Assembly (NCBI GenBank): GCA_002793915.1
Contig: PFEF01000003.1
Coordinates: forward strand, 104,648-166,448
Origin: Candidatus Ryanbacteria bacterium CG10_big_fil_rev_8_21_14_0_10_43_42
GTDB lineage: Bacteria > Patescibacteriota > Minisyncoccia > Ryanbacterales > 2-02-FULL-48-12
Length of the DNA stretch: 61,801 nucleotides
Direction: 5' to 3'
Both the position numbers and the translations under genes were made by a program. This document shows positions 10,392 through 20,070 of this stretch, one piece after another; the first letter of the stretch is position 1, and each line of letters begins with the position of its first letter. The notes beneath the pieces were generated by a model. It saw only the letters and a program-made list of their open reading frames with translations. It had not been told where the DNA came from and did no database searches.

Positions 10392-10862
10392 CTAAAACTT
10401 GAAGTGAGCAAAGGCCTTGTTCGCATCCGCCATACGATGAGTATCCTGTTTCTTTTTAATGGCGGTTCCCTCATTATTCGATGCCGCTATAATTTCTTCC
10501 GATAACCGCTGTGCCATCGGCATACCTTTTCGTGCACGTGCCGCCGAAATTACCCACCGCATAGCAAGTGCCATACGACGCGTACCCCGCACCTCCACAG
10601 GAACCTGGTAATTAGCACCTCCCACACGACGGGAACGCACTTCCACGTTCGGTGCCACATTATCAAGAGCCAGGTCAAAAACAGTTATAGGATTTTCTAC
10701 CGATGCCTTTTTCCCAACAATATCAAGAGCATCATACACTACCTTTTCAGCCACTGTCTTTTTCCCATCCCACATAATCACGTTAATGAATCGGGCAAGC
10801 CGCTTGGATTCCCATTTTGTGTCCGGCGCAATATTTCGTGCGTAATTTCGTTTTCGTCTCAT
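10392..10862 (-). CDS. rpsG: 30S ribosomal protein S7
   Basis: [19 protein letters not shown]...; synteny rpsL-rpsG-fusA; TAG stop. Confidence 0.95.
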   Translation of the reverse strand: MRRKRNYARNIAPDTKWESKRLARFINVIMWDGKKTVAEKVVYDALDIVGKKASVENPITVFDLALDNVAPNVEVRSRRVGGANYQVPVEVRGTRRMALAMRWVISAARARKGMPMAQRLSEEIIAASNNEGTAIKKKQDTHRMADANKAFAHFKF

Positions 10863-10864
10863 GG

Positions 10865-11278
10865 CTATTCCTTAGGTTTTTTAGCTCCATATTTACTGCG
10901 TCCGGTCTTACGCCCTTCCACACCTGACGTATCCAAAACTCCGCGCACCACATGATAACGTACGCCGGGAAGATCTTTTACCCGCCCACCGCGAAGCAAT
11001 ACAACGGAGTGCTCTTGCAGATTATGTCCGATACCGGGAATATACGCTGTTACCTCCATGCCGTTCGTAAGACGCACGCGCGCAATTTTACGAAGCGCCG
11101 AGTTTGGCTTTTTAGGTGTCATGGTACGAACCGCAACGCACACTCCCCGTTTAAACGGAGAAGCATAATCAACCGGCCTGCTCTTAAGCGTATTAAAACC
11201 GCGGCGCAATGCCGGCGTTTTTGCTTTTGCTTCCACTTTTTTTCGGCCCTTGCGAACCAGCTGATTAATCGTAGGCAT
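10865..11278 (-). CDS. rpsL: 30S ribosomal protein S12
   Basis: [14 protein letters not shown]...[10 protein letters not shown]; canonical S12. Confidence 0.95.
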   Translation of the reverse strand: MPTINQLVRKGRKKVEAKAKTPALRRGFNTLKSRPVDYASPFKRGVCVAVRTMTPKKPNSALRKIARVRLTNGMEVTAYIPGIGHNLQEHSVVLLRGGRVKDLPGVRYHVVRGVLDTSGVEGRKTGRSKYGAKKPKE

Positions 11279-11381
11279 AATACTCTATAATTCAAGCGAT
11301 ACAACCAAAATTAGCAGATAATGAAAGGCGTGTCAATAAAAAGCATTCGGCATTACGTATTTGCCGATCCGGGGATATACC

Positions 11382-12011
11382 CTAAAAGCTTGTTCCGGTG
11401 AACAATCGAAACAATATGCCTATTATGGGTAGGAGAAGATTGAAGAAGAAAAAGATAAAGATAAGAAGGAGAAAAAGGCCGTATCTCTCAAGAAATTCCT
11501 CTATGTAGCGCAGATGATATGGAAGTAAAGAAAAGAGAACTTTCGAGCCGTCCAACGGCGGAATTGGCACCAAATTAAATACGGCAAGAATAATATTAAT
11601 AAGAACAACCAAAACAGCAACTTCGGTAAGAGCAATACTTATTTCCGCCGGGAAAAAACCACTCAGGCGAATAACTGAACCGAATATGAATGCGATAAAA
11701 ATATTGGAAAGCGGTCCTGCCGCCGCAACCAGTCCGGGACCCCACTTCTGATCACGCAGATTGTACGGATTATACGGTACCGGCTTTGCCCAACCAAACA
11801 TGAATCCGCCGAATAAAATGGTAGCGGCCGGAACCAACAAAGAACCCACTGGATCAAGATGATTAAGCGGATTTAACGTAAGACGACCGGCATATTTTGC
11901 CGTCTGATCTCCTAATATGTACGCCACAAACCCATGAGATACTTCATGCACCACCACGGACATAATCAATATGGCAATTTGAAATATAAAACCTATCACA
12001 GAATCGTCCAT
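11382..12011 (-). CDS. Site-2 protease family (M50) membrane metalloprotease
   Basis: HEVSHGF (HExxH) in a TM helix and NLVPIPPLDGSKV (LDG) motif; multiple TM segments. Confidence 0.75.
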   Translation of the reverse strand: MDDSVIGFIFQIAILIMSVVVHEVSHGFVAYILGDQTAKYAGRLTLNPLNHLDPVGSLLVPAATILFGGFMFGWAKPVPYNPYNLRDQKWGPGLVAAAGPLSNIFIAFIFGSVIRLSGFFPAEISIALTEVAVLVVLINIILAVFNLVPIPPLDGSKVLFSLLPYHLRYIEEFLERYGLFLLLIFIFFFFNLLLPIIGILFRLFTGTSF

Positions 12012-12067
12012 TCCCTCTTTCTACCATAAACTTGATTCAAGATAAATATTCTGGTATAAAAACGTGT

Positions 12068-12265
12068 ATGACAAAGTCTTGCCTTATATGTGAAAAATCG
12101 TCCGTTATGGGCGGAAAACGCAAACTGCTCCGCGGACACTATAATCCCACTAAATGGGAGCGAAAATATCCCAATCTCCAGTGGGCAACGTTGCCGTCCG
12201 GCGAACGTGTAAAACTCTGTACACGCTGTATTAAGCGCGGAAAACATCTGGAACACGTGCAGTAA
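12068..12265 (+). CDS. rpmB: 50S ribosomal protein L28 (start trimmed to MTKSCLIC)
   Basis: CxxC...PNLQ...CxxC pattern (CLICEKS...YPNLQWATLPSGERVKLCTRCIK) typical of bL28. Confidence 0.6.
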   Translation: MTKSCLICEKSSVMGGKRKLLRGHYNPTKWERKYPNLQWATLPSGERVKLCTRCIKRGKHLEHVQ

Positions 12266-12277
12266 GCACTCGCTAGA

Positions 12278-12311
12278 TAAAAATCCCTTCCAAAATTGGA
12301 GGGGGTTTTTA
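12278..12311. terminator. Bidirectional hairpin terminator between rpmB and the pilin gene
   Basis: Stem 12085-like CCCTTCC/GGAGGGG at 12285-12291/12298-12304, flanked by an A-run and a T-run. Confidence 0.5.
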
Positions 12312-12331
12312 TGCGTAATTCCATAGAAACA

Positions 12332-12793
12332 TTACAACGTCGGACACGTTGGGTAGTCTTCAGAAACACCAACCAGCGCACCGGTTTCTTCAAGTACCGC
12401 CCTAATACAATAACTCTGGCACACGCCTCCCGCACATAAGTTCGGATCGAATGTAATTTGATACGCGCCGCTATTAACAGGATCACACGGTAGTGAACTC
12501 ATATATCCGTCCGTAACGAGTTCACCTAAATTTGACGTGCCGACACCCGTACACGACGTCGGAGAGCAAACAATATCCCATCCATTGCAGGAATCATTTG
12601 GATACCCATTATTACTATCAAAATATAATTCCAAAGCCGTTTGCAATTGGCGCAAATCCGCAAGGCGCCTTGCATCCCGCGAACGCATACGTGCCGTATT
12701 TAGACTTGCAAGTACAACACTTGCGAGAAGCCCTATGATGGCAATAACTACAAGAAGCTCGATTAACGTAAACCCCTTTTGTGTTTTATTCAT
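12332..12793 (-). CDS. Type IV pilin / pseudopilin-like protein
   Basis: N-terminal prepilin signal KGFTLIELLVVIAIIGLLASV (G|FTLIE cleavage/methylation motif). Confidence 0.8.
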   Translation of the reverse strand: MNKTQKGFTLIELLVVIAIIGLLASVVLASLNTARMRSRDARRLADLRQLQTALELYFDSNNGYPNDSCNGWDIVCSPTSCTGVGTSNLGELVTDGYMSSLPCDPVNSGAYQITFDPNLCAGGVCQSYCIRAVLEETGALVGVSEDYPTCPTL

Positions 12794-12807
12794 AAAATAA
12801 GTAGTTA

Positions 12808-13065
12808 TTAAAAACCGCCAAAAGGAAGATCAGAAGTACCGGGTATGACACTGGGCGCGGGTGTTCGTAGTGTAAGCAGTAAAAGAGCAGAAATAATAAT
12901 CGCCGTAACAATAATAACGATCATTATTATATAAGCCTGTGATTCATCCTTAATATATCCGCGGGATATATTAACAATAAAACGTGCGATACTCCCCCCT
13001 GATTGGGATCTTTCGTACACTAATCGCTCTTCGCCAAAATCAACTTGTCCATCACGTTCTTCCAT
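12808..13065 (-). CDS. Hypothetical small membrane protein
   Basis: 85-aa ORF with one strong TM helix; directly upstream of the pilin gene. Confidence 0.35.
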   Translation of the reverse strand: MEERDGQVDFGEERLVYERSQSGGSIARFIVNISRGYIKDESQAYIIMIVIIVTAIIISALLLLTLRTPAPSVIPGTSDLPFGGF

Positions 13066-13222
13066 TTCTTCATTGTACTACAAAGTTATTCCTTACAAAA
13101 CAATCCTGTGCGTAAACAATGTCTTTCTTTTCCAATGTCTTAATTATACAGCGCAGAATACTTGAATTAGTCCGAACTGCTTTCGCCGCCGAAGATGGGA
13201 CGAAATATTAACTTTTCCAACG

Positions 13223-13297
13223 TGGTGCCCTCGGCAGGAATCGAACCTACATTTTATCCTTAGGACGGATTTGTTCTATCCATTGAACTACAAGGGC
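13223..13297 (-). tRNA. tRNA-Arg (anticodon CCT), CCA encoded
   Basis: Minus strand GCCCTTGTAGTTCAATGGATAGAACAAATCCGTCCTAAGGATAAAATGTAGGTTCGATTCCTGCCGAGGGCACCA folds as a cloverleaf; anticodon loop GTCCTAA. Confidence 0.9.
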
Positions 13298-13411
13298 TTT
13301 TATAGGCTGTAGTATACGGTATTTATTGTCGTATATAAACAAAAATAAGTTGAATCATTGTATCACAGGGCAATAACATGGTATATAATATAAGACGACA
13401 CCCTATTACAC

Positions 13412-13434
13412 GCCCTTGTAGCTCAGTTGGTAGA
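13412..13434 (+). pseudogene. Duplicated 5-prime fragment of tRNA-Lys (acceptor 5-prime strand plus D-arm only)
   Basis: GCCCTTGTAGCTCAGTTGGTAGA is identical to 13524-13546. No anticodon or T arm follows. Confidence 0.7.
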
Positions 13435-13523
13435 TTGAAGAAGATCCTTCTTCAAGGCCTCGTCTCGCGAAGCGTTTGAGGCGTTAAATTTTAAGAGTTG
13501 AACGGAACGATACCCTATTACAC

Positions 13524-13596
13524 GCCCTTGTAGCTCAGTTGGTAGAGCAGCGGCCTCTTAAGCCGACGGTCGTAGGTTCGAACCCTACCGGGGGCA
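13524..13596 (+). tRNA. tRNA-Lys (anticodon CTT), no encoded CCA
   Basis: GCCCTTGTAGCTCAGTTGGTAGAGCAGCGGCCTCTTAAGCCGACGGTCGTAGGTTCGAACCCTACCGGGGGCA; anticodon loop CTCTTAA; GGTTCGAA T-loop. Confidence 0.9.
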
Positions 13597-13652
13597 CATT
13601 GACAAACTATTCTCTCTCATATACCATGTAGAAAAACTATAGGAGGTTTGTT

Positions 13653-14084
13653 ATGACTACATCATCCGCATGCTTCGTGAATGATAGTGCCGTACTTATC
13701 CCTGAAAACATCTCTTCGGAGGATATGTTGCAGAGAATAGGAATTAACCCCCTCACTACGAAAGAAAATATGGAGCGATTTATGGTATACACCGCTCAAG
13801 AAGAACGCGAGAGGATAAGTAAAAAGTGGGGCGTGCGCACCTCATTCTGCCAGAATGTTTGCGGCATACTTGTTTTAAGTTTAATGGTCTTCTTCTTTTC
13901 GTTGCTAGGCCTCATTGCTCTTCCATCCGTAAACCTTGAACCCTTGCACTGGTATTGCGCCCTCCTATGTGCAGTGAGTTTCAGTTATATGTCCTTCACA
14001 ATTCGCACATTGGTTTGCTTCCGGTGCGTTCGACATAACAGTCTCCTTGTTGTGTCCACCGCAGGCGAACTAAGTGATGATTAG
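13653..14084 (+). CDS. Hypothetical membrane protein
   Basis: 143-aa ORF preceded by AGGAGG; two to three TM helices. Confidence 0.45.
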   Translation: MTTSSACFVNDSAVLIPENISSEDMLQRIGINPLTTKENMERFMVYTAQEERERISKKWGVRTSFCQNVCGILVLSLMVFFFSLLGLIALPSVNLEPLHWYCALLCAVSFSYMSFTIRTLVCFRCVRHNSLLVVSTAGELSDD

Positions 14085-14316
14085 TTGCCCGGGTACAGGG
14101 ACTACTTCCTTGTACCCGCCATTCTCCCTCTTTTTGAAAATTGGGGAGACTATATGCCGGCGACATTCGCGTTAAGCTAACACACGCAAAGCATTATAAC
14201 CTTAAGGGACATATTTCATGGATAGGAGTAGATCCCATTGCTTTTGTGGAAAACGTGCCTATCGGAGCGTGGAATTGTGACTTCGATCCGAAAAAAATAT
14301 ATTAACCCCTCCTGAA

Positions 14317-14350
14317 GAAAAACCGCGATTAATACAATCGCGGATTTTTA
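14317..14350. terminator. Bidirectional terminator between convergent genes
   Basis: CCGCGATT-AATAC-AATCGCGG hairpin (14323-14343) flanked by an A-run and a T-run. Confidence 0.65.
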
Positions 14351-16186
14351 TTATGCGCTTTCTTCAAACAATAATTTTGCCTCTTCCCAAAACCGATCAT
14401 CGTTATGTTGTTCGCGAAGCCAGTACCACCACTCTCCGCCCCAGAGATAGTACGTTTCAAAATCAGCTTCCTTAGCGTACCGAATGGAATCCTGAAAAAA
14501 AGCAAAGTCCATTACCCGAAACTGTTCTTCGGGGGTAGTTTCATACGGCTGACGTTTAAGCCATGGCTCCATGCCAAGCTCAATAACAATAAATTCCTTT
14601 TCATAATCCCGGATAATGAAGCGCACAAGACGTTCTTTTAAGCGAAAAAAGGCCGGAGGCAGAGGATATTCAAAATTGCCAAATCTATCGTTATGTACCC
14701 GACGGTACATAGTAGTACCAAATACATCTCCTCGTTTTGCCGCGCGCACCCACGGGCCAATTTCTCCCGAATCGGTTACCAAAATGGGATGCAGTGGATC
14801 GATGCGCCGCACAATGCCCATCTCCGTATCCAAAAGTTCTTTCCCGGAGAGAGCACACTCTCCTTCCCCGAAAGCGAGAAACGGCTCGTTTTCTACCTGC
14901 CAATATAAAAGTGCCGGCGAATTTTTATACCGCTCCACTGTCGCCTCCACAAAACGCACGACATGTTCGTTGCGATCCTCATGTGAGACATGTTCCGCCC
15001 ACGGCGGCGTATGACACTCCGGCCACCGCGGCACTTTTTTTCCTACCGCAAGCACCACTTTCGCACCGACTTCTTCCGCTACGCGCATTTGATAATCAAG
15101 CCCGGAAAAATCATATACCCCTTCCTCCGATTCTATTAAATCCCAGTACGCAATAAGGCGAATATCCCGCACACCAAGATCGTACATTATGGCATTGTAG
15201 TTATCCTTCCAATCTCCGCCGGATCCGAAATCAAACAGGCGCGAAAACTTTTCAGAATAGGTAATCCCCCAAGTAATGGGTCGCGCTTCGTTTACCGGTG
15301 CCGTACTTCGAATATAATCTCCCACCCCAAGCACAAACGCACCTAGGAGAATAAGAACAACGGCCGTGATTTTTCCTACAAGAACGCGTCCGGTAAACCG
15401 CTCATGCAATAAGAGCCACCCGCCCAGTAAAATAAAAACAATCTTAATGCCCTGCAAGGCGTCCACTAAAGGCGGCACACCTAAAGAAATAGCGTACACC
15501 ACTAATAATGAGCCCACTCCGGCATATCCTCTGTTTGCAAAGTATCCCCATTTATTATGAAATTCATTTTTTGTATTCGGATTTAAAATAATCTTCTTCC
15601 AGCGCGGTAACAAAAGAAGCGAAAACGCGAAGAGAGCTCCTCCTATTTTTATCCATACAAATCCGGTGACAAAATTAAGCTCTCCAAACGCAAGCTTGGA
15701 GAGAACATTCGAGAGCCCTAAAAATGAAGCGGCCAATAAAACAGCCCAGAGAACTTTTACGCGCGTCCGCTCCTTTACCACTAACGCGAGGACGAATCCC
15801 CCCGCGATAAGTAATACAAAACTGACAATCTGATACGCCGTTAAATCCGTCCCGAGAAGCCATCGGGAAAATACGAGCGTTGCTATAGGGGAAAACCCCA
15901 CAAATGCCACCACGGCACCCGACGCTTCCCCCATGCAAAGCGCCCGAAAATACGCCATCATGGCAAGCATAAATACTGCTCCTGCCGAAAGAGCCGTGAA
16001 TATAGCGCCGGACAACGCCCACTCAAACCCGAATGGAACAAGCACAAGAGAAACGAGACCCAGAACGCCAAGCCAAAAAGCGTATCCGAGCGGATTCGGG
16101 TATGATTTTTTGAGAAGCAGTTTATCAAACACCGCAGATGTTCCCAATATGGCTTGAGCAACAAAAGCGACGAAGAACCAAAGCAT
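14351..16186 (-). CDS. Fusion protein: N-terminal EamA/DMT-like 10-TM domain plus C-terminal clan GH-A glycoside hydrolase-like domain
   Basis: About 290 aa of TM helices, then a TIM-barrel-like region with WQVENEP (acid/base NEP motif) and IELGMEPW. Confidence 0.6.
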   Translation of the reverse strand: MLWFFVAFVAQAILGTSAVFDKLLLKKSYPNPLGYAFWLGVLGLVSLVLVPFGFEWALSGAIFTALSAGAVFMLAMMAYFRALCMGEASGAVVAFVGFSPIATLVFSRWLLGTDLTAYQIVSFVLLIAGGFVLALVVKERTRVKVLWAVLLAASFLGLSNVLSKLAFGELNFVTGFVWIKIGGALFAFSLLLLPRWKKIILNPNTKNEFHNKWGYFANRGYAGVGSLLVVYAISLGVPPLVDALQGIKIVFILLGGWLLLHERFTGRVLVGKITAVVLILLGAFVLGVGDYIRSTAPVNEARPITWGITYSEKFSRLFDFGSGGDWKDNYNAIMYDLGVRDIRLIAYWDLIESEEGVYDFSGLDYQMRVAEEVGAKVVLAVGKKVPRWPECHTPPWAEHVSHEDRNEHVVRFVEATVERYKNSPALLYWQVENEPFLAFGEGECALSGKELLDTEMGIVRRIDPLHPILVTDSGEIGPWVRAAKRGDVFGTTMYRRVHNDRFGNFEYPLPPAFFRLKERLVRFIIRDYEKEFIVIELGMEPWLKRQPYETTPEEQFRVMDFAFFQDSIRYAKEADFETYYLWGGEWWYWLREQHNDDRFWEEAKLLFEESA

Positions 16187-16254
16187 GGTAATAATTTATG
16201 ATATAAGATTTTAGATTTGAAAACTTCTTATATATAAATCATACATCATAAATC

Positions 16255-17499
16255 TTATATCTTATATTCATCAATTATTTTTTTATATTCCCATGCGCTT
16301 TGCCGTACCGTGCGCTTAAGTGTTTTGTAGTCTATTTCGATAAGTCCAAAACGCGGCCAAAACCCTTTGTCCCATTCGAAATTATCCAAAAGTGACCAGT
16401 ATAAATACCCGCGCACGTCCACACCGGAATCGATAGCGCGAAGCACAGAGTGAAGAGAGGAACGAATAAATTCCGTACGCATAATATCACGCGCATCAGC
16501 AAGACCATTCTCGGTTACAAAAATCGGTTTTTTATATTTTTTTAAATCCATTAAAACTCGGTAGAGTGATTCCGGGTATAACTCCCAACCCATATCGGAA
16601 ATGTTTTTATTTTCATTTTTATTAAATCCATAATTAATACGATTATGAAAATAATGATTAAGCCCTATAAAATGCTGATAATCTTGAATGCGATCCAAAA
16701 AATACTTATTCCACCACCAATCCGCCATATATTTTAATATGTTATTTACCATCCTTCCCTTATACGCTTCAAAGTAAATATTATTTTTTGCAATACCAAT
16801 CTGCGCCTTCGGACACGATCGCTTTATAGTATTAAACGCATCTCGGTGAGCATGCAAAAGAGCTCCAACGGCATACATATAAGAAAATGGACTTCTCTTA
16901 TGTGGCGGCCAGGTTCCCTGCCCGTATGCATGTCCCGTATGCACGTTTGGTTCGTTTAGTGTAATCCAGTATGTTACATCGTTTTTATATTCCTCCGCCA
17001 TTTTACCCGCAAAACGCGCAAAATAGTACGAAAATTTTTTCGCATTAACACCACCCTTATCCCGCAACCAAAGAGGAATGGTCCAATGCCAAAGGGTAAC
17101 AAGCGGTTCCATGCCGCGCGTCCGAAGCGCTTGTATGACCGCACGGTAATGTTCTATTTCTTTTTTATTAAATTCCCCTTCCTTAGGCTCAATACGTGAC
17201 CATTCTACGGAAAACCGGTGCGCCGTGTGTCCGAGAGACTTTGCCAGATCAAAATCCTCTTCGTATCGATTATAATGATCCACGGCCTGAGCGGAAATAT
17301 AATTTTCCTTCTCAAGGGGACTGGGATATTTTTCCATTATGTGCCGCGCCCACTTTTTGCTCTTTGCATTTTGCGCTAAACTCTTAGCCGTCTCCCGTTC
17401 CCATTCCGACCAATCATTACACATTCCCCCTTCAACTTGATGTGCCGATGTTGCCGCTCCCCATAAAAAACCTTCCGGAAACTTCCGTGTATTATTCAT
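16255..17499 (-). CDS. Glycoside hydrolase family 1 beta-glucosidase
   Basis: FPEGFLWGAATSAHQVEGG, TLNEP and FVTENG catalytic motifs. Confidence 0.9.
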   Translation of the reverse strand: MNNTRKFPEGFLWGAATSAHQVEGGMCNDWSEWERETAKSLAQNAKSKKWARHIMEKYPSPLEKENYISAQAVDHYNRYEEDFDLAKSLGHTAHRFSVEWSRIEPKEGEFNKKEIEHYRAVIQALRTRGMEPLVTLWHWTIPLWLRDKGGVNAKKFSYYFARFAGKMAEEYKNDVTYWITLNEPNVHTGHAYGQGTWPPHKRSPFSYMYAVGALLHAHRDAFNTIKRSCPKAQIGIAKNNIYFEAYKGRMVNNILKYMADWWWNKYFLDRIQDYQHFIGLNHYFHNRINYGFNKNENKNISDMGWELYPESLYRVLMDLKKYKKPIFVTENGLADARDIMRTEFIRSSLHSVLRAIDSGVDVRGYLYWSLLDNFEWDKGFWPRFGLIEIDYKTLKRTVRQSAWEYKKIIDEYKI

Positions 17500-17525
17500 A
17501 TATGTAAGAATACTCCATACGCCGC

Positions 17526-17556
17526 AAAAAGAAAAAGCTCGTCATAACGAGCTTTA
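17526..17556 (-). terminator. Intrinsic terminator after the 17554-18246 gene
   Basis: AAAGCTCGT/ACGAGCTTT stem (17534-17555) followed on the minus strand by a T-rich run. Confidence 0.6.
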
Positions 17557-18246
17557 TGCTACTTTTTCTTTTTTACTTTCTTGGTGTTTTCTTAATGACG
17601 GTATATTTTTCATGTATGAAGGATACGCTCCTCTTATTTTCATCTCGAGCATGCGGCGAATAAATTCCGGATCTAAATTCAAAATAAGACAGATATTCAT
17701 GAACGAAAACAACATTTTTTGATCATCACTCCATATCCATGTTTTTGCCTCTTCATGTAACCGCCTTTCCCGGGGTTTTGTAGTATGAAGATATGATAAG
17801 AAATCAGAAAAAGCGCTTTCAAGAACACCCCACAAAAGAAGAATTTCTCCCAGTCGTAAAGCCGTATATTCCGTTAAGCGGGACGGCAATACAATCTTTA
17901 CTACGGAAAATCCCGGCAATTCATGTGGAATGAGCTCTGCAACCTCCTCTTTTTTCTCGGTATCTGTTCCTCCTTCAAATCTACTCTGATGCCTATACAA
18001 TGTTTCCTCATCTGTTTCATCACTATACGGAGAAACATTGATAATTTTTGCCTTCGGTTTCAGTAACTGAATGGCATCAAGAATAGTTTTCCCCTCCTGT
18101 CTCGTTAAACCGCGCAACCAGTAAAGCGGTATCTGTGGAGATTCCTCATTATGAACACAGAGAAGCAATGCGCGCTTTACGAGAGGATATTTCTCCGCTA
18201 TTTCCAGTACTTCTTTACCTGCTCCCTTCATATGAGCAACCTCCAT
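17554..18246 (-). CDS. Hypothetical protein
   Basis: 230-aa ORF, 5 nt downstream of the 18252-18800 ORF; no recognisable motif. Confidence 0.4.
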   Translation of the reverse strand: MEVAHMKGAGKEVLEIAEKYPLVKRALLLCVHNEESPQIPLYWLRGLTRQEGKTILDAIQLLKPKAKIINVSPYSDETDEETLYRHQSRFEGGTDTEKKEEVAELIPHELPGFSVVKIVLPSRLTEYTALRLGEILLLWGVLESAFSDFLSYLHTTKPRERRLHEEAKTWIWSDDQKMLFSFMNICLILNLDPEFIRRMLEMKIRGAYPSYMKNIPSLRKHQESKKEKVA

Positions 18247-18251
18247 CTTGA

Positions 18252-18800
18252 TTATTCGATAAGAGCGACTTGTTTTTCCTCCAACCCGGCAAGAACTGTT
18301 AACAGTTCTGTTCTCGTGTCTTCAGCAACCGCATATTCTCTTGCGCGGTTAATTTCCAGATCTATAAGTTTGCAAAGAGCTTTTACAGTCTGAATTTGCG
18401 CACGAACTATTATCTCCAGCGTACCACCGCCAAAATCATTTTGCCCTCCTTCCGGTACGTTTATCCTCCTAAAAGCGCTCTCTTTTACCAACGCATTATC
18501 ATGTAAAAACTCCGGCAAAACAATCTTCATACCTACCTTTACTATTACACCCTCCTCCTTAAGTTCACGAATGGCTTTTTGTGCTCCCGGAACGGGTCTT
18601 TCCGGATGAGGATGTCCTTTTTCTCTTGCAATATCTTCAGTAATTTTCCCCGGCAAACAAGGCCTTCTTGCTTGAAATAGTTTAGTAACTATAAGATTCT
18701 TCCATTCCTTATAGCCAAATCCAAATCTAAATTGAATTTTTTCCATTTCTGCGTTGTTATTATTCCGCCCTGATTCCATATTGCTTCTCCTTTTTATCAA
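18252..18800 (-). CDS. Hypothetical protein (possible winged-helix region)
   Basis: 182-aa ORF; ITEDIAREKGHPHPERPVPGAQKAIRELKEEGVIVKVG looks wHTH-like by eye. Confidence 0.4.
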   Translation of the reverse strand: MIKRRSNMESGRNNNNAEMEKIQFRFGFGYKEWKNLIVTKLFQARRPCLPGKITEDIAREKGHPHPERPVPGAQKAIRELKEEGVIVKVGMKIVLPEFLHDNALVKESAFRRINVPEGGQNDFGGGTLEIIVRAQIQTVKALCKLIDLEINRAREYAVAEDTRTELLTVLAGLEEKQVALIE

Positions 18801-18900
18801 AATATGCCATTTTAAAAATCTGCCCTTACCCTACCCCATTCATACATAAAATACCAGTTGTGCATTTTCTTCACGTAAAAAAATATTTATACTATAAAAT

Positions 18901-19983
18901 ATGAACTACGAAGATAAAATCATTACAGCCGTCAAAAAAGTAATGCCGGCCGTGGTATCTATCACCGCAACACAAGATCTGCAAAAGCTGAAAGAGGCCG
19001 CCAAACAATTAGCTCCCTTGGGCATGCCGCAACTAGACGCCATTACGCGGGCGGATGATGAAACGCTTGAACAAAATATTCCCGGTATTGAAAATGGAAA
19101 AATTCGCATGGGCGGTGGTTCCGGTTTTTTGGTGGATGAATCAGGTATTATTCTTACAAACCGCCATGTGGTTGCCGATCAAACCGCCGAATACAGTGTC
19201 GTACTTCATGACGAAAATACCTATCCGGCGCGTGTTATTGCACGTGATCCCATTCATGATATTGCCATCCTACAGATAGTGGCTGATAATCCTCTTCCCA
19301 AACTCCCCGTGCTTGAATTTGCGGAAGAGAAAGAACTTGCCCTTGGCCAAACGGTAATCGCAATCGGAAATGCTCTTGGTGAATTCAAAAATACCGTATC
19401 CACCGGAATCGTCTCCGGGCTTTCCCGATTTATCAGTGCCGTTACTGACGTTTCCGGACATCAAGAACGTCTCCGCGGCCTTATCCAAACAGACGCCGCC
19501 ATTAATCCCGGTAATTCGGGAGGACCTCTTATAGATATCACGGGACGCGCCATTGGCGTGAACGTTGCTATCGTATTTGGTGCCCAAAATATCGGCTTTG
19601 CTATTCCCATCAAAAAAGCCAAACGCGATCTAGATGACATTCGGCAATTTAAACGTATTCGGCGTCCTTTTCTAGGCGTACGTTACGTGCTTATCAATAA
19701 AATGATGGCAAAAAAATTCGGCCTTCCGGTAACCACCGGTGCGCTTGTTTTAAAAGAAGCCATTCCCGGAGATCATGCCATTATTCCGGGGAGCGCCGCT
19801 GATAAGAGCGGACTTAAAGAAGGCGACATTCTTCTTGCCTGTAATAAAAAGAACATATCCGAAAAAGAAACTCTTGAGGATATTCTGGAGGGATATATTG
19901 TGGGTGATACGCTTTCCTTTGACGTACTCCGCAACAGCAAGGAAAAGAAAACAATAAAAGTAAAGCTGGAAGAGCAAAGTTAG
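18901..19983 (+). CDS. HtrA/DegP-family serine protease with PDZ domain
   Basis: Trypsin-like triad context (TNRHV, DIAILQ, GNSGGPL) and a C-terminal PDZ-like region. Confidence 0.85.
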   Translation: MNYEDKIITAVKKVMPAVVSITATQDLQKLKEAAKQLAPLGMPQLDAITRADDETLEQNIPGIENGKIRMGGGSGFLVDESGIILTNRHVVADQTAEYSVVLHDENTYPARVIARDPIHDIAILQIVADNPLPKLPVLEFAEEKELALGQTVIAIGNALGEFKNTVSTGIVSGLSRFISAVTDVSGHQERLRGLIQTDAAINPGNSGGPLIDITGRAIGVNVAIVFGAQNIGFAIPIKKAKRDLDDIRQFKRIRRPFLGVRYVLINKMMAKKFGLPVTTGALVLKEAIPGDHAIIPGSAADKSGLKEGDILLACNKKNISEKETLEDILEGYIVGDTLSFDVLRNSKEKKTIKVKLEEQS

Positions 19984-20012
19984 ATTATGGAACGTTAGCT
20001 TTTCCGGCTTTC

Positions 20013-20043
20013 AAAAAAAACACGGCAGAAACCGTGTTTTTTC
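20013..20043. terminator. Bidirectional terminator between the htrA-like and VIT1-like genes
   Basis: A8-ACACGG-CAGAAA-CCGTGT-T6. Confidence 0.65.
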
Positions 20044-20070
20044 TTTCCTCTACCATTCTCCATTTATACA

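Noticed and set aside
13435-13506. The 72-nt segment between the two tRNA-Lys 5-prime halves considered as a tRNA intron
   Set aside because: The downstream copy is a complete, uninterrupted tRNA. The upstream copy lacks anticodon, T-arm and 3-prime acceptor strand.
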